Assembly (NCBI GenBank): GCA_012295275.1
Contig: CM022667.1
Coordinates: 20,770,001-20,834,000, forward strand
From: Chrysomallon squamiferum
Lineage: Eukaryota; Animalia; Mollusca
DNA length: 64,000 nucleotides
Reading direction: 5' to 3'
Every line of letters begins with the position of its first letter. Position 1 is the stretch's first letter. The notes below the pieces were generated by a model. The model did not search any database. It saw nothing but the letters and a program-made list of their open reading frames with translations, and was not told where the DNA came from. The translations under genes and the position numbers were made by a program. Of this stretch, positions 23,300 through 38,802 are shown in pieces.

Positions 23300-26200
23300 C
23301 ATGTTTGCAAAAACAACAAATATCATGATATAGTATTCATTTTGAGCTTCATCACCGTATTCATTTCTTGACATGTGATCTTTGATAAACAAAGGAGAAT
23401 AAACAGGCAACTTTATCATTTCAAAATGATCTTCGTGCGACAAAGTTATTTTGGATTTTAAATCATATACAAGTCACAAATTATGCTCACAAGCTTACCG
23501 AATTTCACATATTTCATTACAAACATCTGGCTTGACAGGTACTTCATTTTGGGTAGCAAAATGTTGGGTGTCCTCGGCAAATGACGCGGCCGTAGCGATT
23601 GCTGTTGTTGCCGATGTCTGAAAAGTTCGACATTCAGTTTATTTTATTTGATGTAGTAACTGTGGCATAATATTCCAGTTTTAGATATTTTCTTTCTGAT
23701 AAAGATGTTGACAAGAAGACTATTTTAACAAGTTCGATTTTTATGAATTTTTTATATCTATATAATAAAATCATTGGGCAAATTAACGCTAATTAATGGT
23801 ATTAAATGATTAAAAAATATAAAAATTAAAATAAAAAGTTAAAAAGAATAATAAAAATGTTAGCAGTATGCTTGAAAATATAAAGGCCTCTACAATTCAC
23901 CAGTCTTATAAAATGATATTTTTGTATACTGGTTTAATTTCTATTGAGAATTACATAATTAAGGCTTAAGGTATATTTGGGATAATTAGTGTAGTTAATT
24001 AATTAAAATTCATGATTGTTAGCAACATGCTTAAAAATAGCTCTAGGACTTATTTAAAGCTTCATTTTGATATGTAATCACGTATACTGGTTTAAATCTG
24101 TATTAAATATTCAATGATTATGTTGCCAAATGAAGGAAATGAATCATGATTCTGAAGGGAAAATACTGGCACATTTGATTCAGATAAAAATTCATATCAG
24201 TGCTATCAAAATATTTTGTGTCATTATAATATACTTTTTCTGCTGTTTCTGATGATATCTAATTTTTTTAGAATGTGATATTTTTTGAAATTTTGTCACA
24301 TATCTACTCATGTAAATGGCTCATGCTAAATTAAAAATTAAGTAGCAAATTCTCTGAAACAAAATTATAAAAGTATTTTGTATTTTTTTCAAAATTTAAA
24401 ACTTGAATTTACTTTGACATATATTATTTGTTTCTAATTAGATTTCTTATTCAAAAGCAGAATTAATAAATAAATGTTTAATTATAACCCACTGACGACC
24501 TAAAAAAAAAAATAATAATACAAAAAAAATAAATAAAAACAAGAGGAAACAAGAAAAATAAAAGACGAAAAAAGTAAGGCAAATAAATCCGATATAATTT
24601 TATAAAGCAAATCTTTAATTTGTTTAAAATAATGCTGTAGCCTGTGATGATTGTGTTGTTTTCAGTTCTTGTCTCAACTCTGTTAATCATCGATTCAAGT
24701 AAGCGATAAAAGTGCAGTTTCTGCTGGGAACACGTAAAACGAGTTTTCATTCAACTTCGACATCGCCAGTGATTTTACAAAACGTAATTGATGTGCCTCC
24801 AGTTCAGTAATAACCATTAACAAGGTAAGCAATTAATTCTTCCTTCACGGGGTTCACTTTTCTCTAACGTTTTAAGGGTCACTTCCTGACACTGTAAAGA
24901 TCATTTCCGGTATGTTTTAAACCTTACAAATCAGTGTGTCAACAAGCAATTTAAATCAGCTAACTTTGATGAAAAATATCCTCTTCCTCACTTAAGACCT
25001 TTTAAGAAATTCTTTTTCTTTTAACAACTGAGTGCATTCGAACAGAAAAAAAAAAGGTTTTAAACTATAGAAAAAGGAGGTAGTCTAACACAAAATAGGT
25101 TATATATTTTATAAAATGAAGCACTCACTAAATATTAAAAAGTGAAAGGCATTTTTTCAAATAAAAATATATTTACTTTCTACTTCTACATTTCAATACT
25201 AATTAATTAATTAAATACTATTATTATTTTTATTTTTTTTTTCTTCTTTTTCATTATTTAACTGGTTGAGAACGAACGCACATGCAGTCAAAGCATATTG
25301 AACTGGAGACGTTATTTTGAAACTGTTTTCTTTAAATCTCAGTAGCTTTAGACTATTTGAACCTGCTTTCGGGATATATAGATGTAACCGCTCAGATTGT
25401 TTGACGTGTAATACATGGACTTCTTGACAGTATACAAATTCTAATTTTATAGGTACACATAATGCGACGATGTTTTTGTTGTCGATGACAATAACGATAA
25501 TTCATTGATTATCTCAGCATTGTTTTCTCCTTCACTGACCAGTGAACACACGTCTGAATGCTACAATAAGTAGATAATAGCATTCCTTTAGAGCTGTCCA
25601 GTCACATCAACATAACAATTTCTAAAAACTAACTAAAATATCCGGAAAGAAAAGGTTAGAGGCAATGAAATCAATTTTGTTGTACGCTTTTGACGTTGGT
25701 GTCTTGAAAAGCAATCAACGTGTTGATGTTTGACTGATATAGAAAGACCCAGCAGTGCTACGAGTCAAACGGAATAGGAATTCTAGGAGGTAGTATTAAA
25801 TGCAGCTCGATCTAATCTACCCTTCTCGTAACTCAATTTGGCGGTTCACTACGACAGTGTTAATCAAGGTCTTGTCAACAAAATTACAAAAATCTCTCTG
25901 ATTAAGAAGAGCGACGTGAATAATAAAGAGGCCAACCAACACTGTAGATTTTTCCACACGTACAAAGATATGTAGATGACAAAAACCAGACAGAGTCACT
26001 TCATTAATACTGAATAGATGTTCACGTGTTTGTGTCAAAATACATTCCTCTTAAATTGCATTAGAAGTAGAAAAAGGCGAATATACAATAACAAATTGTA
26101 AATAAATGTACTTAAATTTGTCGGGTTTACCCGAGCTGGTTATTATCGTTTGTTATTGTAGACAAAAGTGGGAATTACAGAAATCCACATCGACCGCAGG

Positions 26201-29200
26201 CACTATTATCTTTTCTTAGAATCTCCAGTAAACCCGATAACATTTCTTAAATCAAAACACATAATATCATGATTAGTATTCTGTAGTGAAGTCATTAAAT
26301 AAAATTTTATTAAGATGATTATTACTACTGCAGCGACTGCTATTATGAACAATATAAATACTAGAAAATAACAATAAAAATTATTGTGCTGGTATCATGA
26401 AGGTACATACAATTACAAGATTACAAAAAAAATGTTGGGCTGTAAGAAAGAAAATGAATGTTTAATAAAAAGAAAGTATTAATGTATGTTAAAGAACAGC
26501 GTTCAGTAATGTACCTGTTTAACTCTCTAATCTGCTTTTAACAAAGTTCTTAATCTAGACAATCAAATCTGAGATCAGCATACAACTATTTCAAAAATAG
26601 CAAACATAATAACAGTTATAGGCGTTCTTTATCATTATTTTTATCATTTGGTTATTACTTTAAATTCACGAATCCATGGATTTCGAGACGAAATTGTGGT
26701 GATTTTAAAAATAAATAAAAGAATAATTGTAGGTTTATCTATCATAAGGTAATTTTGTTTCACATGTATGTGAAAAATCGTATTTAATTTGTTTGACAAA
26801 AATGCTGAAATAAGATATGTGAGGAATAATAATAATAATAATAATAATAACAATAACAATAACAATAACAATAATAACAATAATAACAATAATAATAATA
26901 ATAATAATAATAATATTAATATTAATAATAATAATAATAGTAATAGTAATAGTAATAATAATAATAATAGTAATAATAATAATAACAATAATAATAATAA
27001 TAAAAATAATAATTAAGTCCAGTACGATACTGTGGAGTTACGATGGTTTAAGATTACTTTGTCATCAGTACTCAATCGATATTTCGTCAAAGGAAGAATT
27101 TAACCAATTGAGTTTAACACCTTTGTCAATTTCTAGTTTTACACCTTGTTGGCTCAAGAATCACATACAATGAAGATAAACTGAACTTGTGTTTAAATCA
27201 AGGTAGGAATTTTCCATAATTTGATTTCTTCTATGCTTTTATAATGTTTTTCATTATTGTAATTGTTGTTGTTTGTTTGTTTGTTTATTAGTTTGTCTTT
27301 TTCTCTGATTCAATTTCTGCAATTTTTTGGAAGGCGAAATTAAAAAAAAATATATATATATATATTAAAAAAAAGTTTCTCTAACAGTTAAATTATATAT
27401 AAGATAATGATTAATTCAGTTAGTAAAGTTCCAGAAAATAATGGTAACACAAATAACAAAATAGTAATGCTATCATAACAAGAACATTGTCTAAGATAAA
27501 TTTAGCTGGACACAGAAAACTGTCCTAAAACAGAGAATTACAAACTAAACAGTGACTGCTTCGTATTGATGTATGATGCAGAAAAACTGTTACAAACAAA
27601 ACAGTGACTGCTTCGTATTGATGTATGATGCAGAAAAACTGTTACAAACAAAACAGTGACTGCTTCGTATTGATGTATGATGCAGAAAAACTGTTACAAA
27701 CAAAACAGTGACTGCTTCGTATTGATGTATGATGCAGAAAAACTGTTACAAACAAAACAGTGACTGCTTCGTATTGATGTATGATGCAGAAAAACTGTTA
27801 CAAACAAACTGAAGTCATTTTTTTCTTCTTCTTTTATTGTTGTTATTGATCTGCGTCAAGTCAAGATATCTAACATGTCAGTGATTATTTGAAATTTAAT
27901 AACAATTGTTAATAAACTCCAACTTTAACTTTTTCTACTAGAAGACAGAGAAACAAGATGGAGCAGTTTTCTGCCAGCCGCCTCAGAGTGGGAGAAATAA
28001 GTAATCTTATCAGTGAGATGTGAAGAAATTGCATTTCGCGCTCTCCAGAATCGAATTTTCCCGTCTTTTGTTGATTCCATTATTCACTATTACCATTCTA
28101 AAAATGGGAATCTCTGACTTGTAAATAACTTTATGCGTATTTCTGTTTGTAATTAGATACATTTCTAAATAATTATATTCATTTCTGATTACATTATCAT
28201 TACTTTGTTACTGTTAAACTTTAATTAAATACTTCAAGCAAGGTTATTTATAATTAGACTATAAATAACTTCGTTGTATACATTTTTATGTTGTTTATAA
28301 TTTTATATAATTAAATGCTATGAAATATATTTTATGCTGAGTTCATCTTTAATTGTCACTATTAATTAATTTGTAATTTATCTGTTCAGCTAAATTTCTT
28401 GAGGTGTGTTTGAGTTATTAGCATGTTGTGACGTGTTAAATTCAAATATTCTACTATTCAGTGGATAGTGTTTTGTTCCAAAGCTTGTTTCATGGCTGGT
28501 TTAACAAAATAGTAATAATAATAACAATAATAATAATAATACTAATAATAATAACAGTAATAATAACAGTAATAGTAATAATAAAAATAATAGTAACAGT
28601 AATAATAACAATAATAGTAATAATAACAGTAATAATAATAATAATAGTAATAAAAGATTTATAACAACGTAATAACCATGATATCGTAAAAGAAATATTA
28701 ATTTTTTTTTACTGCTAACCATCTTTATCGTCAAGACAATTTATAATTATTAGGCTTGTTGAAAAGATATCTATCACCATTTTAATTTGTAATTAGATAA
28801 GCTTGCTTAAAAAAAGTTATAGCTATGTTAGTTTGTAACTAGATGCTAAATAATATTTTTCCAGAGTTAATGTGTAACTAGATGCCACTGTTATGAAATA
28901 ACTTTACTTGATGAACCGCTGCCCAGTTTGAGGTCAAGTGACAGACAATCCGATTACTTTAAAGTTATTCTCGACTGTGAAAGTTGTAACAGAGACTAAT
29001 TACTTTGTGGATACAGCTCTATCTCAGTTTAAAAATGGATACATTCTGAAAGCATATAACATTTTATTTTATTTCGGTGAAAAGTGAGAGTGTTGAGGAA
29101 AACAAATTTAAAAGAAAAAGAAAAGCAGCATTTTAGTTAAATTAATTTGTTATAGATAAAAAAAAAGTTTTATTTCTATTGTTTTCGTTTGTTTGTTATT

Positions 29201-32200
29201 TATTTATTTATTTATTTATTATTATTATTTGTTTTGTTTTGTTTGGGGTTTTTTAATTAATTTATCTGTGTGTGCGTTCGTACTCGCATGTGCTTTGTTT
29301 TCTGTATTTCTTTGAAATAACTTTTTGGTTTCTGCATGATGTTTTGTCGTTTTTTTTTCTTCTTCTTCTTCTTCTTATTATTATAATAATAATAATTATT
29401 ATTATTATTTAAATATTAATTTGCAATATGTTTACGCTGAGTACCAGACTGTGTTATAAATTAGTTTACAGACTGTTTACACTGATTGTTTACAAACTGT
29501 ACGGAGTAAACTGTGATGTTACCTGTGGTGAGAGACAAGGCTGACAAGCCGTAACTGCGCAGTTTGTCAAAGCAGAGAATGGCGGCGAGATTTCCCGTTC
29601 CAAAACAAACCATCATGTAACCGACGATAAAACAACCAAACACATCGGTTCCAAATTCCTGAAACAAAACACAGCAACATGTACTATATTAATAACAACA
29701 TGAATAAAATGAATAAAATAAAATAAAATAATTAACATAAAATAAATAAATAATAAAATAAATAAAATAAAACAAAATGTACATATTAGTACGTTAAAGT
29801 AAACAAACACATAAATCCTAAGAATATCGGCTTATTTTAATAATTTTAGAATGCAAATAATTTATCTATTTTTAATTAACGATCTGTTTTTCACTAGAAA
29901 TATGACGGATTTTAATGCTGTAGAAATTAATATAAACATGCATGCAAAGGCACATTCACACGCACACGCGCTTATACACATATATTCACACGTACATTAT
30001 GTGTCTCATAAAAATTTACCTTACAGACTATATAGCCAAATTATTAGTTCAGTCTCCTTGTTTACGATTCGACACGAACCAATATAAAAAAACATTTCTA
30101 CGTCCAGCTACTCCTTTTGTCACAGTCTATACAAGAATTCTGTAAAGAACTATAAAATTATGTTACATCAAAAATATCCACCTAATTTAACGCGTTTAAA
30201 ATGTCTTCTCTCAGAAAGCCGGAAACCGTGCGTCATCCGTGGTTCAGCCATTAACTGTCACTATTCAGATGTTTCAAGTACTAAGAAAATGCTATTTAGT
30301 TTTGGAAAGGTTATTTAAATTATTTTAATAGAATGTGGATTCGCAGACTAGAATATTGATGATCTCATACGCTTTCCACTGAGATTTGTCATAATTATTT
30401 TACTGTACAAGGGTCAAACTTCAGTATTTAATCAGCCTGGGTCCTCGTGTATCGATGCATTTTCTTGAAATTACATTTATCATATCGAATTTAAATTAAA
30501 TGAAATTTCAGATGATATTGACATATGTCATAAGAGAAATAGGAAACCTTAGATAATTTACAGCAGAGAAATACATTTAAAACAATTAGGGATGTGAACT
30601 ACTGAATATAATAGATACGTGCAGATAAACACAAATAATAATACTTTTTTTTTTCAAAATCCGTGCAAAACAAATGTGACAAATGTATCTGATTACGTTT
30701 AAAATTCAGGTTAAGAAGAAAACACTCATCTGAGGTATTCACTATTTTCAGGCTGAGAAATTTTCATGTATTATTATTATTTGTACTCAGTGGCGGACCT
30801 AGATATTTAGTGCCCTGAAGCTTGAATGTTGGGAAACCTTTGCAAGTAGTAATGAGATCTGGTTAACCACGGTTATCTTCTTCAATCGGCTTGTTCCACG
30901 ACAGATCACTACAAATCTTTTTAAAATCTAACCACGACATCTCAGATTTGGATTAAAAATTTGAAGCAGTGTGGTGTAAAGTTTTTCCTGGTGCTCCTCC
31001 TGGATTAGGGTTCCTGAAGTTTAAGCTTCATTAGTTTTATAAGAGATCCGCCCCTGTATGTACGCCACCAGTCTGTTTCGTCTTAAAGGGTTTCTTGCTA
31101 TTAAGGCTCAGCAGCCTGTCGTTATACCGAGTAGTGATCTTGAAACAGATGAATTGCAGAAATCCAATTAAAACACTAATCTTTTTATATTTTAAATTAT
31201 ATTATATTATACATATTATATTATAATTATTATAATTATATTACTATTTTTTATTATTATTTATCTTTTATTTTTATGACTGTAACAATATTCTAAACTG
31301 TTTTAGAGAAGAAAATGTCTTACTCGCGTTTTTCTCATTACAAAGTAACCTAAAATCAGACAAATTAGTAGACACACTTTTTCTACACAATTGTTACAAC
31401 TCTTTGAAAACAGTGAAATAATGTCTATTTTCATACACTTCAGAAATAAAGTTCGAAGTGAACTAAAATAGGTGCTGAAGTAGTTCGTTTTTACAGTTCT
31501 GTCGCCACCTGCCAGCGAGCATTGTCAGACAATCTGAACTAGATGCATACACTGTCGTTTCAGAACCACACCGTCATTATGTTTTACCAGTTCTTGTCCA
31601 ATTCATTATCCTAATGATGAATTTAACGTAGACTTTTCTTTCGTCTTTTCTGTCATTCTTCTGTTTTATCATCGTTCATACACGTTCATATTTTACGAGC
31701 TTATCTCACACAAACAAACTCGACCTAACAAAACTCCAGTCTCTTAGCTCCATTCATCTATCCAAATGCATTTTCTTAAAGAAAACAGTAGAAAACGTTG
31801 ATTAAAAACTTCGGTAAATCTCTTTTTTCGTGCGACAGCCCCCTTTCAAAAATATATCACTGGAACGTACAATATCTTCTCTTTTGAAAGACAGACTAAC
31901 TGAACATTAAAGCAACAAACTGAACAACTAACTGAACAACTGCTCTGCCAAAGACAGACGTCACTAGAGCATGGTTGCTGCCGAACCACGCGGTAAGTCG
32001 TGGAGTCAGAAAGTCTCTGATCATTAAAATTTTCCTCAACCACAACATCCTGAATTTGTTTGAAGATTCTCATTGATGAGCAAAATGAAAACCGTTAAAA
32101 GAAAAAAGTTAAAACCACTAAAAATTAACATTTCAAATTTACGAATTTATCCCTTCTAAATGAATTTCATCATCTAGATCACTTCAGTTTTATTCATTTG

Positions 32201-35200
32201 GTATGTTTGGTACAGTTAGAAGAGGAGCTATAAATTTTCAAATGTTTAATCTTTTACCATGTGAATGGTCTAGCACAAATGAATGATTTTTACCAACTTC
32301 GGCTTCACGTATCAATGTAAATTACTTATCAAAGATATGAAAAAAAATTAGACTGAATATCTGCCACACATAGTATGACATATTATGAAATAAGCTTGGT
32401 CAGAGAAAAGTTTCTTAGAAAATTTGTCCATTAAAAATCAAGATTTGTTGTAAATGGTAATTGTGCGCAGACGGCACCCAAAAATTAAATATCAGTTTGA
32501 AACACTGAACATGACTAATAACAAAAAACATAAGCAAAGACTCGGTGAATCTCAGATATTAAAAAAAGAGTTTTATGGCGGTCAATTATTATTCGCGGAA
32601 CATGAAATCTGTTAGTTTTTGAAGTTGCTGGAAATAATATTTCGGCAGACCTAAGGTAAATATGAAAAGTATATTAATGATTTTTAAAGTCTGAAGCACA
32701 TTTTTGTTTAATTTATTGTGCAGCACAAGATCGCAAGCTTTATGCAAGACATTTCTCGAAGCATTTCTCTCTGAATCTGTTAGAGGTGTTAAACTGCGAT
32801 ATCAAAGCGTAGATTTGCATTTTACGAGACAAAAATACATTTGATTGCTAAAACCTTTTACATTTATTGGAATCGAGCTTGTCGTTACTGTGATGTACTG
32901 CATGTTGCGGTGTGCATCTCCCAGTTAATAAAACCTCTTCTTTCCAGACTGGCTGCAACACGGGCAGATCACAGCGTAAAGGTCAAATATATTTTAATCA
33001 TCCGGGGGCGACAAATGTCGTTGAAGAGATTTTATTTGCATTAAAAAATATTAGGTTGTTTTTCATACAGACTCGGTTTCCTATTAGGTTTAATTTGTTG
33101 CCATTTTGGATTAACATGTATTTCAAAATAGGTCGGAACCTGAATAAGCTTAAGATTAATGCAAAGTGCCCATGTCAAAGAACCATTATGTCTGCCTCCA
33201 TCTTACAGAAAACCTGCGCTTATGTCCTCTGTCTACAATGAAAGATACACAGTTGTTACCCTGTTTCTTTATTTAACTACGTGTGTCATGCAATACAAAA
33301 ATACCCAACTCTATTAAAAACCACTGAAAACCACGAATCCCCATTGGTGCAATTAGTCTAATCATTAATCCTGAACACGAGAGATCGCTCTATTGATTTC
33401 TTCATTAGATTTAGAAAAGGGTTACAAATCCCGAGCCATAGTAAAATAGATATATCGTTTCTTTCCCATGATTTTTTTCCTGTAAATAGTGACAGCAACA
33501 ATTTTTCGACCTAAAAGATGCGCGATTTAAAAAAAAAAAAAAAAAAAAATATGCAACAAAATAAAGATTTCGCAAAAACACTGTTGAGGACAAGGTTATC
33601 TTTCAGCAGGCTGAAGAATTATTGTCCGTTATCTCTTAACTAAGCGAAACAGAATAATCGGCCGACAAAGCAGTGTGTAATTAGTTTATGTGTCAGACAA
33701 AAGGAATAGGGTCGGTGATTTATCAGTACTCGTCACTGCTTGACTCGTTATCGCTGTCCGAACGAATGCACGACACATCCACTTAGGCGAGAAATCGAGT
33801 TTTACAACACATGCGAGAAACTGGATAGGTTACAATTTTCAGAACTGTTCCATTTTTTTTTTTTTTTTAGATCGGGTATTCTGAAACCAGTAACTATCTG
33901 TGTAAGATCTATATTTAAACAGTTTATTTAGATAGCTCAAATAAAATAACACATTCAAACGTCATTCGTCGTGTTAGCGCAGACAATGCGGATTGTTTTA
34001 TTATACGACAAGGATTATATTTGACACACTTCAGGTTTTATCATTATTTTCAGAGACTTTCAGTGCATGAATCATCCTTTTGCGTTGTTTTGTCATCTTC
34101 CAAATGCTAGCTTTATTATTATTATTATTATTTTATAATTTGCCACATATATGACAATTCCCCCTGCCAACCTGTTTTAACTGTCAAATACTCTGCTTAT
34201 AGTCTGAGTCATTAATAAGGTTTTTAAGGCCAATCGTTGCTTAAATTTGGGTATAATGAAAAAGGATAAATTATTCTTGGTTTTGTTTCTTTATCAACAA
34301 ATTTTACTGTTTAAATCGCGCCATGTTGTTGCAAAGTTCATATCAACACACTACAATCATCATCCAAATATCTGGCTGTTTCTGGATGTTCTCAAAAAAG
34401 TAGAATCCCTCAGTTCTGTAACACTGCACCAGATACCGGCCACAGAAGCCACAACGTCGCCTCTACAGAGACGTCACCCCGGGGCTTCAGTCTGGTCAGA
34501 GACGACGGCAATAGAGATCGCGCGGACTTCCTCCGTGGTGTTGCTCACAACCTCCAGATGTAAAGTGTGTCCAAAACAGTACGCAATATGAAATGTTCAA
34601 ATAAACAATTTATATTACATAAAATTATCTTTTTATATCCAGTTAATCCGAACAAGAGACAAATTATCCTTGGCATGCTAGGCATGGGGGAGTTGTCACG
34701 GTGTGAAATGACCGGGTGCAAATGACCTAATTGAATATATATATATATTAATTAATAATATTATTCGTTATTATTTTCCCATAACCATGGCAGACATGAT
34801 ATGGTGTAAAAACTTTTAAAATAAATACTAAATATAATGTTTCAGAAATCAGTTCATCACGAAATTTCTCTCTAATGATATATATTACAATTCTGACAAA
34901 GCTTATAACAGTAAAGGAACTGTTAGAATATCCAAGTCAAAATAAAGCGTACAGTTTCTTTATACAAACATACATTAATATCATTAAATCAACAGAAAGT
35001 TTTAGCTTAAAATATTTATTTTTTTAAATACCTGTATCAAATATGCCTTGTTGTTGTTTGGAATCAGATTTTTTATACTTAAGTTTTATATTTTTACTAT
35101 CGGAAATTACTTCCTTTGTTCAGATTTACTTTATTACAAGGCTGAAATAATTTACCTAAATTTGGAAAGCATTTCTAATTTAAGATAGTCAGTTATTTTA

Positions 35201-36667
35201 GCAATTAATTTCTTCATTCTAAACTGATTAGATAAACACGACTCATTTCAACAATTTACATGTTTTCTCATCTGAACTCAACTGAACTTTGATTACACTA
35301 AGGCTGTTGCCAAATGAGAATATTTACATATAACAATTAATGCAATTATAATGAAACAGTAGAACTACAATAATATGTGTAGGAAAAAAAATATAGCCAA
35401 AGGATTTGAAAAAAAAAAAATCATGATTAAACTACAAAAGAAAGCGCATTTTCTAAGGACACCTGCATTTTGTAGTTAAATAATAATAAAGATTTTAATA
35501 TACTTCGTTTTGACTGACAGAAATATGGTACGAATTCTTTTTTTAAAGAACAACAGCAATAAAACAAACAAATATATATGTTAATATACACTGAAATTTA
35601 TCTCCCAACGTCATAATGGTTATATAATTGACATTTTCTATTTTCTATTATAGTCTATTTTTACAACGTTTCAGTATGTAGATTACGGTTTGAAAGTCTA
35701 AACATAATAATGGGTTTGCGTGAATTATTATTATCTCTATAAGTGTGGAATATGATCTGAATGCAAATGTATTTTTAAATACTTTATAATTTGAAGCTTT
35801 GGACGAGTTATCAATGTAAGTAAAGAAAGATGGTAAGTACTGATCTATACGCCTTGTGGTATGTGATACTGGATTGGTAGTCGAGGATTAATTGTTATAA
35901 TTAATTCAACGTAAGCGTGACACTATTATCGGTCGCTTGTATATCACTCAAAAAACCACCACCAACAACAACAACAACAATAATAATAATAATACTGATT
36001 ATGATAATGATAATAATAAAAACTGGCACCAATTCAAAGTACTAGAAAGGCACTTACAAAGAATGACTACATCCAACAACATGATAAGGCAGCTTCATAT
36101 ACATGCTAGAGTATCTGCTAATGCCACAAGTTGCCAGCGCACAAACATGGTACAAAAATATTAGCCAGAAACTGTGACACAAATTGAAGACGTCACTGTG
36201 TTGTGGCACATTAGGTGCACGCCGAGAAAGACATCAAGACAAACAGAACGGATATCATTGTAAAAACCAAGATCAAAAAGACCTGCCTGACCATATACAT
36301 GACTGTAGAGTTAAAGAGAAATGTTTCCATCAGTGAAGCAGAGAATCTAAGTACAAAGACGTGTAAACAGAGATCAGCAAGAAGTGGAAGATGAGAACAA
36401 ACAACAGTGACAGTTGTAAGCGGTGCATTTGGACTAATAAAGAAGTGTCTGGAGAAACACATTAGCAAAATCCTGTACAATGTCTCTTCAGCAGAACTGT
36501 AGAAGATTATTCTCCTAGGAACAGAGCTTACACTAAGGAGGGTTATCTCTCTCATCCGTGTTGTGCTCCAGATCCATGTCGACACTGCAGGAAGACAAGT
36601 ACACTAACAGCAATCGATGAACCAGTAATAATAATAATGACGACGACGACGATGATGATGATGATGA

Positions 36668-36716
<49 letters not shown>

Positions 36717-37448
36717 TTTATTTTTATTATTATTATAAATATTTCGCAACAATCCAAAATACTATACTGAATAACACAATATCAATTTTTATCCTCTAGT
36801 GTTATTTATTATTTCAAACATTTGTTTTGTTTCTGCACAAAATAATCTAGGGTGTCATACTTTAACTAAATGTCATACCAAATAATCAGATTAATAACTT
36901 ACAGCTAGATGCAACTTACTCTGATTTTCTAGAGAAAAAAGTAGTGTATGTAGAAAGCCTTTCGTCGCTGTATGTTGTTTTTGCACGTACTGTTTGGCAT
37001 TAATTAGAACTTTAATACTTAAACATTTTTTATTTCAAGAATAGAAATTTAATACTGGAAATTTTATAACTTCGCGATATTTGTAATGTACTATGTTTAC
37101 CATCTGAAGATTCTGTTTTATTGTTTGGCATTAATGTTTATATAGTACTTAAGTTTTGCATTTTACGATTCAAATTTTAATTGCGTGTTATATATAGTAA
37201 GAGGCAATTTCATTACGTTCTGTCTGTATCAACCAGTACAAATACAGTCTAATTAGATTGATTTTTTTCAAAAACAATTGATCACGACATCTCATGTTGC
37301 TGTCTTAATATTCCAGACAGTTTATATAATGGCTTTGTTATTATCAGTGGCGGAGCAGCATTTTGAGTCCCTGAAGCTTGCAGAAAATGGGTTAGGGTAA
37401 TCACGGTTATCTTCTTCAATGGGCCTGTTCCGTGACAGATCATCTAGT

Positions 37449-37534
<86 letters not shown>

Positions 37535-37802
37535 AATGATGATGATATTAACCATGACATCTAATATTTGGATTAAGATTTTGAAGTTTTGTCGACTGAA
37601 GTCGCTTCTGGGGCCATTCCTGGGTTAGGGGCCATGAAGCTTAAGTTTCATCAGCTTCATAACAGGTCCGCCCTGTTTGTTTGTCGAGTCTAATTTAGGA
37701 ATATCTGTTTACACTTCAAATTTAATGGGTCTTTTGTTTTTTAATGACCACGTTTATTTGAATCAGTCGAACCTAACAAAATAAAAACCTCAACAGCTTT
37801 GC

Positions 37803-37839
<37 letters not shown>

Positions 37840-38763
37840 AAATCATAAAGAAATAAAAATTGTGTAAATAAAAAGGATTGGTGATATGTATTTTTAAAGA
37901 AAAAGGTTTCTGTTTTGAAGTTTTGTTTTAAATTTATTATCTGAGCTCATAGTCTGAAAATAAACAAACTTGGAAATTTTCTAAGGTTAGTAAAGTTATT
38001 CATATAAAATAAAAAGTTTGCAGGTTCGCAAAACACTTGTAATCGTTTTCTTTGATTCCTTTGTTTTCAAAGATTCAAGAAATTTTCTGAGAATCATATT
38101 TAACACAGCTTAACGATTCCCTGATTATATAAATTCATTACAAGACTCTGTACAGAAATAAAATTATTATAATTTTACACTCAGAGACAAAACATGTACA
38201 AAATATATTACACGTAATATTATTTTTCTTCCTTTTATTAAAACCCACTGAAGATTCAATTAACGTTGTGCTTACTATTTTCAGTATAGTATAAGTTTAA
38301 TTTTAGATTATTTATTTACTAATTTATGTATTTATTTATTTATTATATTTATTATTTTTTTTTTTTTTTTTAAAGATAGGTTGGTGTTTTGGAAATCGGA
38401 TTTTTGCAAGGGAGTGTCTGAGGGTTTGCTTGTAAGATTTTCTAAATTTACAGATTTAATTACAGTAATCCTCTCTTGATACCCTCGCGTCTTTTCATTC
38501 CAGTTAATATAATTCAAATACAGTGGACACTCCAATTAAAGGCATCTGCTACGCCAGATTTCGGAACATCAGTATATTCTTGGAAATCTTCAAATAATGT
38601 CGAATGCAGTGAAATTCGGACGCGTCAAGGTGTTAGCGAAGTGTCCGAAAGACAAAGGTCTCCTCAAGCAAGCCAGTTTATTAGTTTACATTGACCACGT
38701 GTGTGTGCATGCGTGCATGCTGTACGTGCTCTGTTTTAACACGGAATTATCTAGAAACACTAC

Positions 38764-38802
<39 letters not shown>

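Noticed and set aside
26644-27016. Poly-Leu/Asn/Ile ORFs (also 28461-28734, 36533-36757, 37322-37628, 42056-42253, 48250-48502)
   Set aside because: These are translations of microsatellites.
27547-27808. CRISPR-like array (52-bp period)
   Set aside because: The whole unit is identical between copies, so it is a simple tandem repeat.
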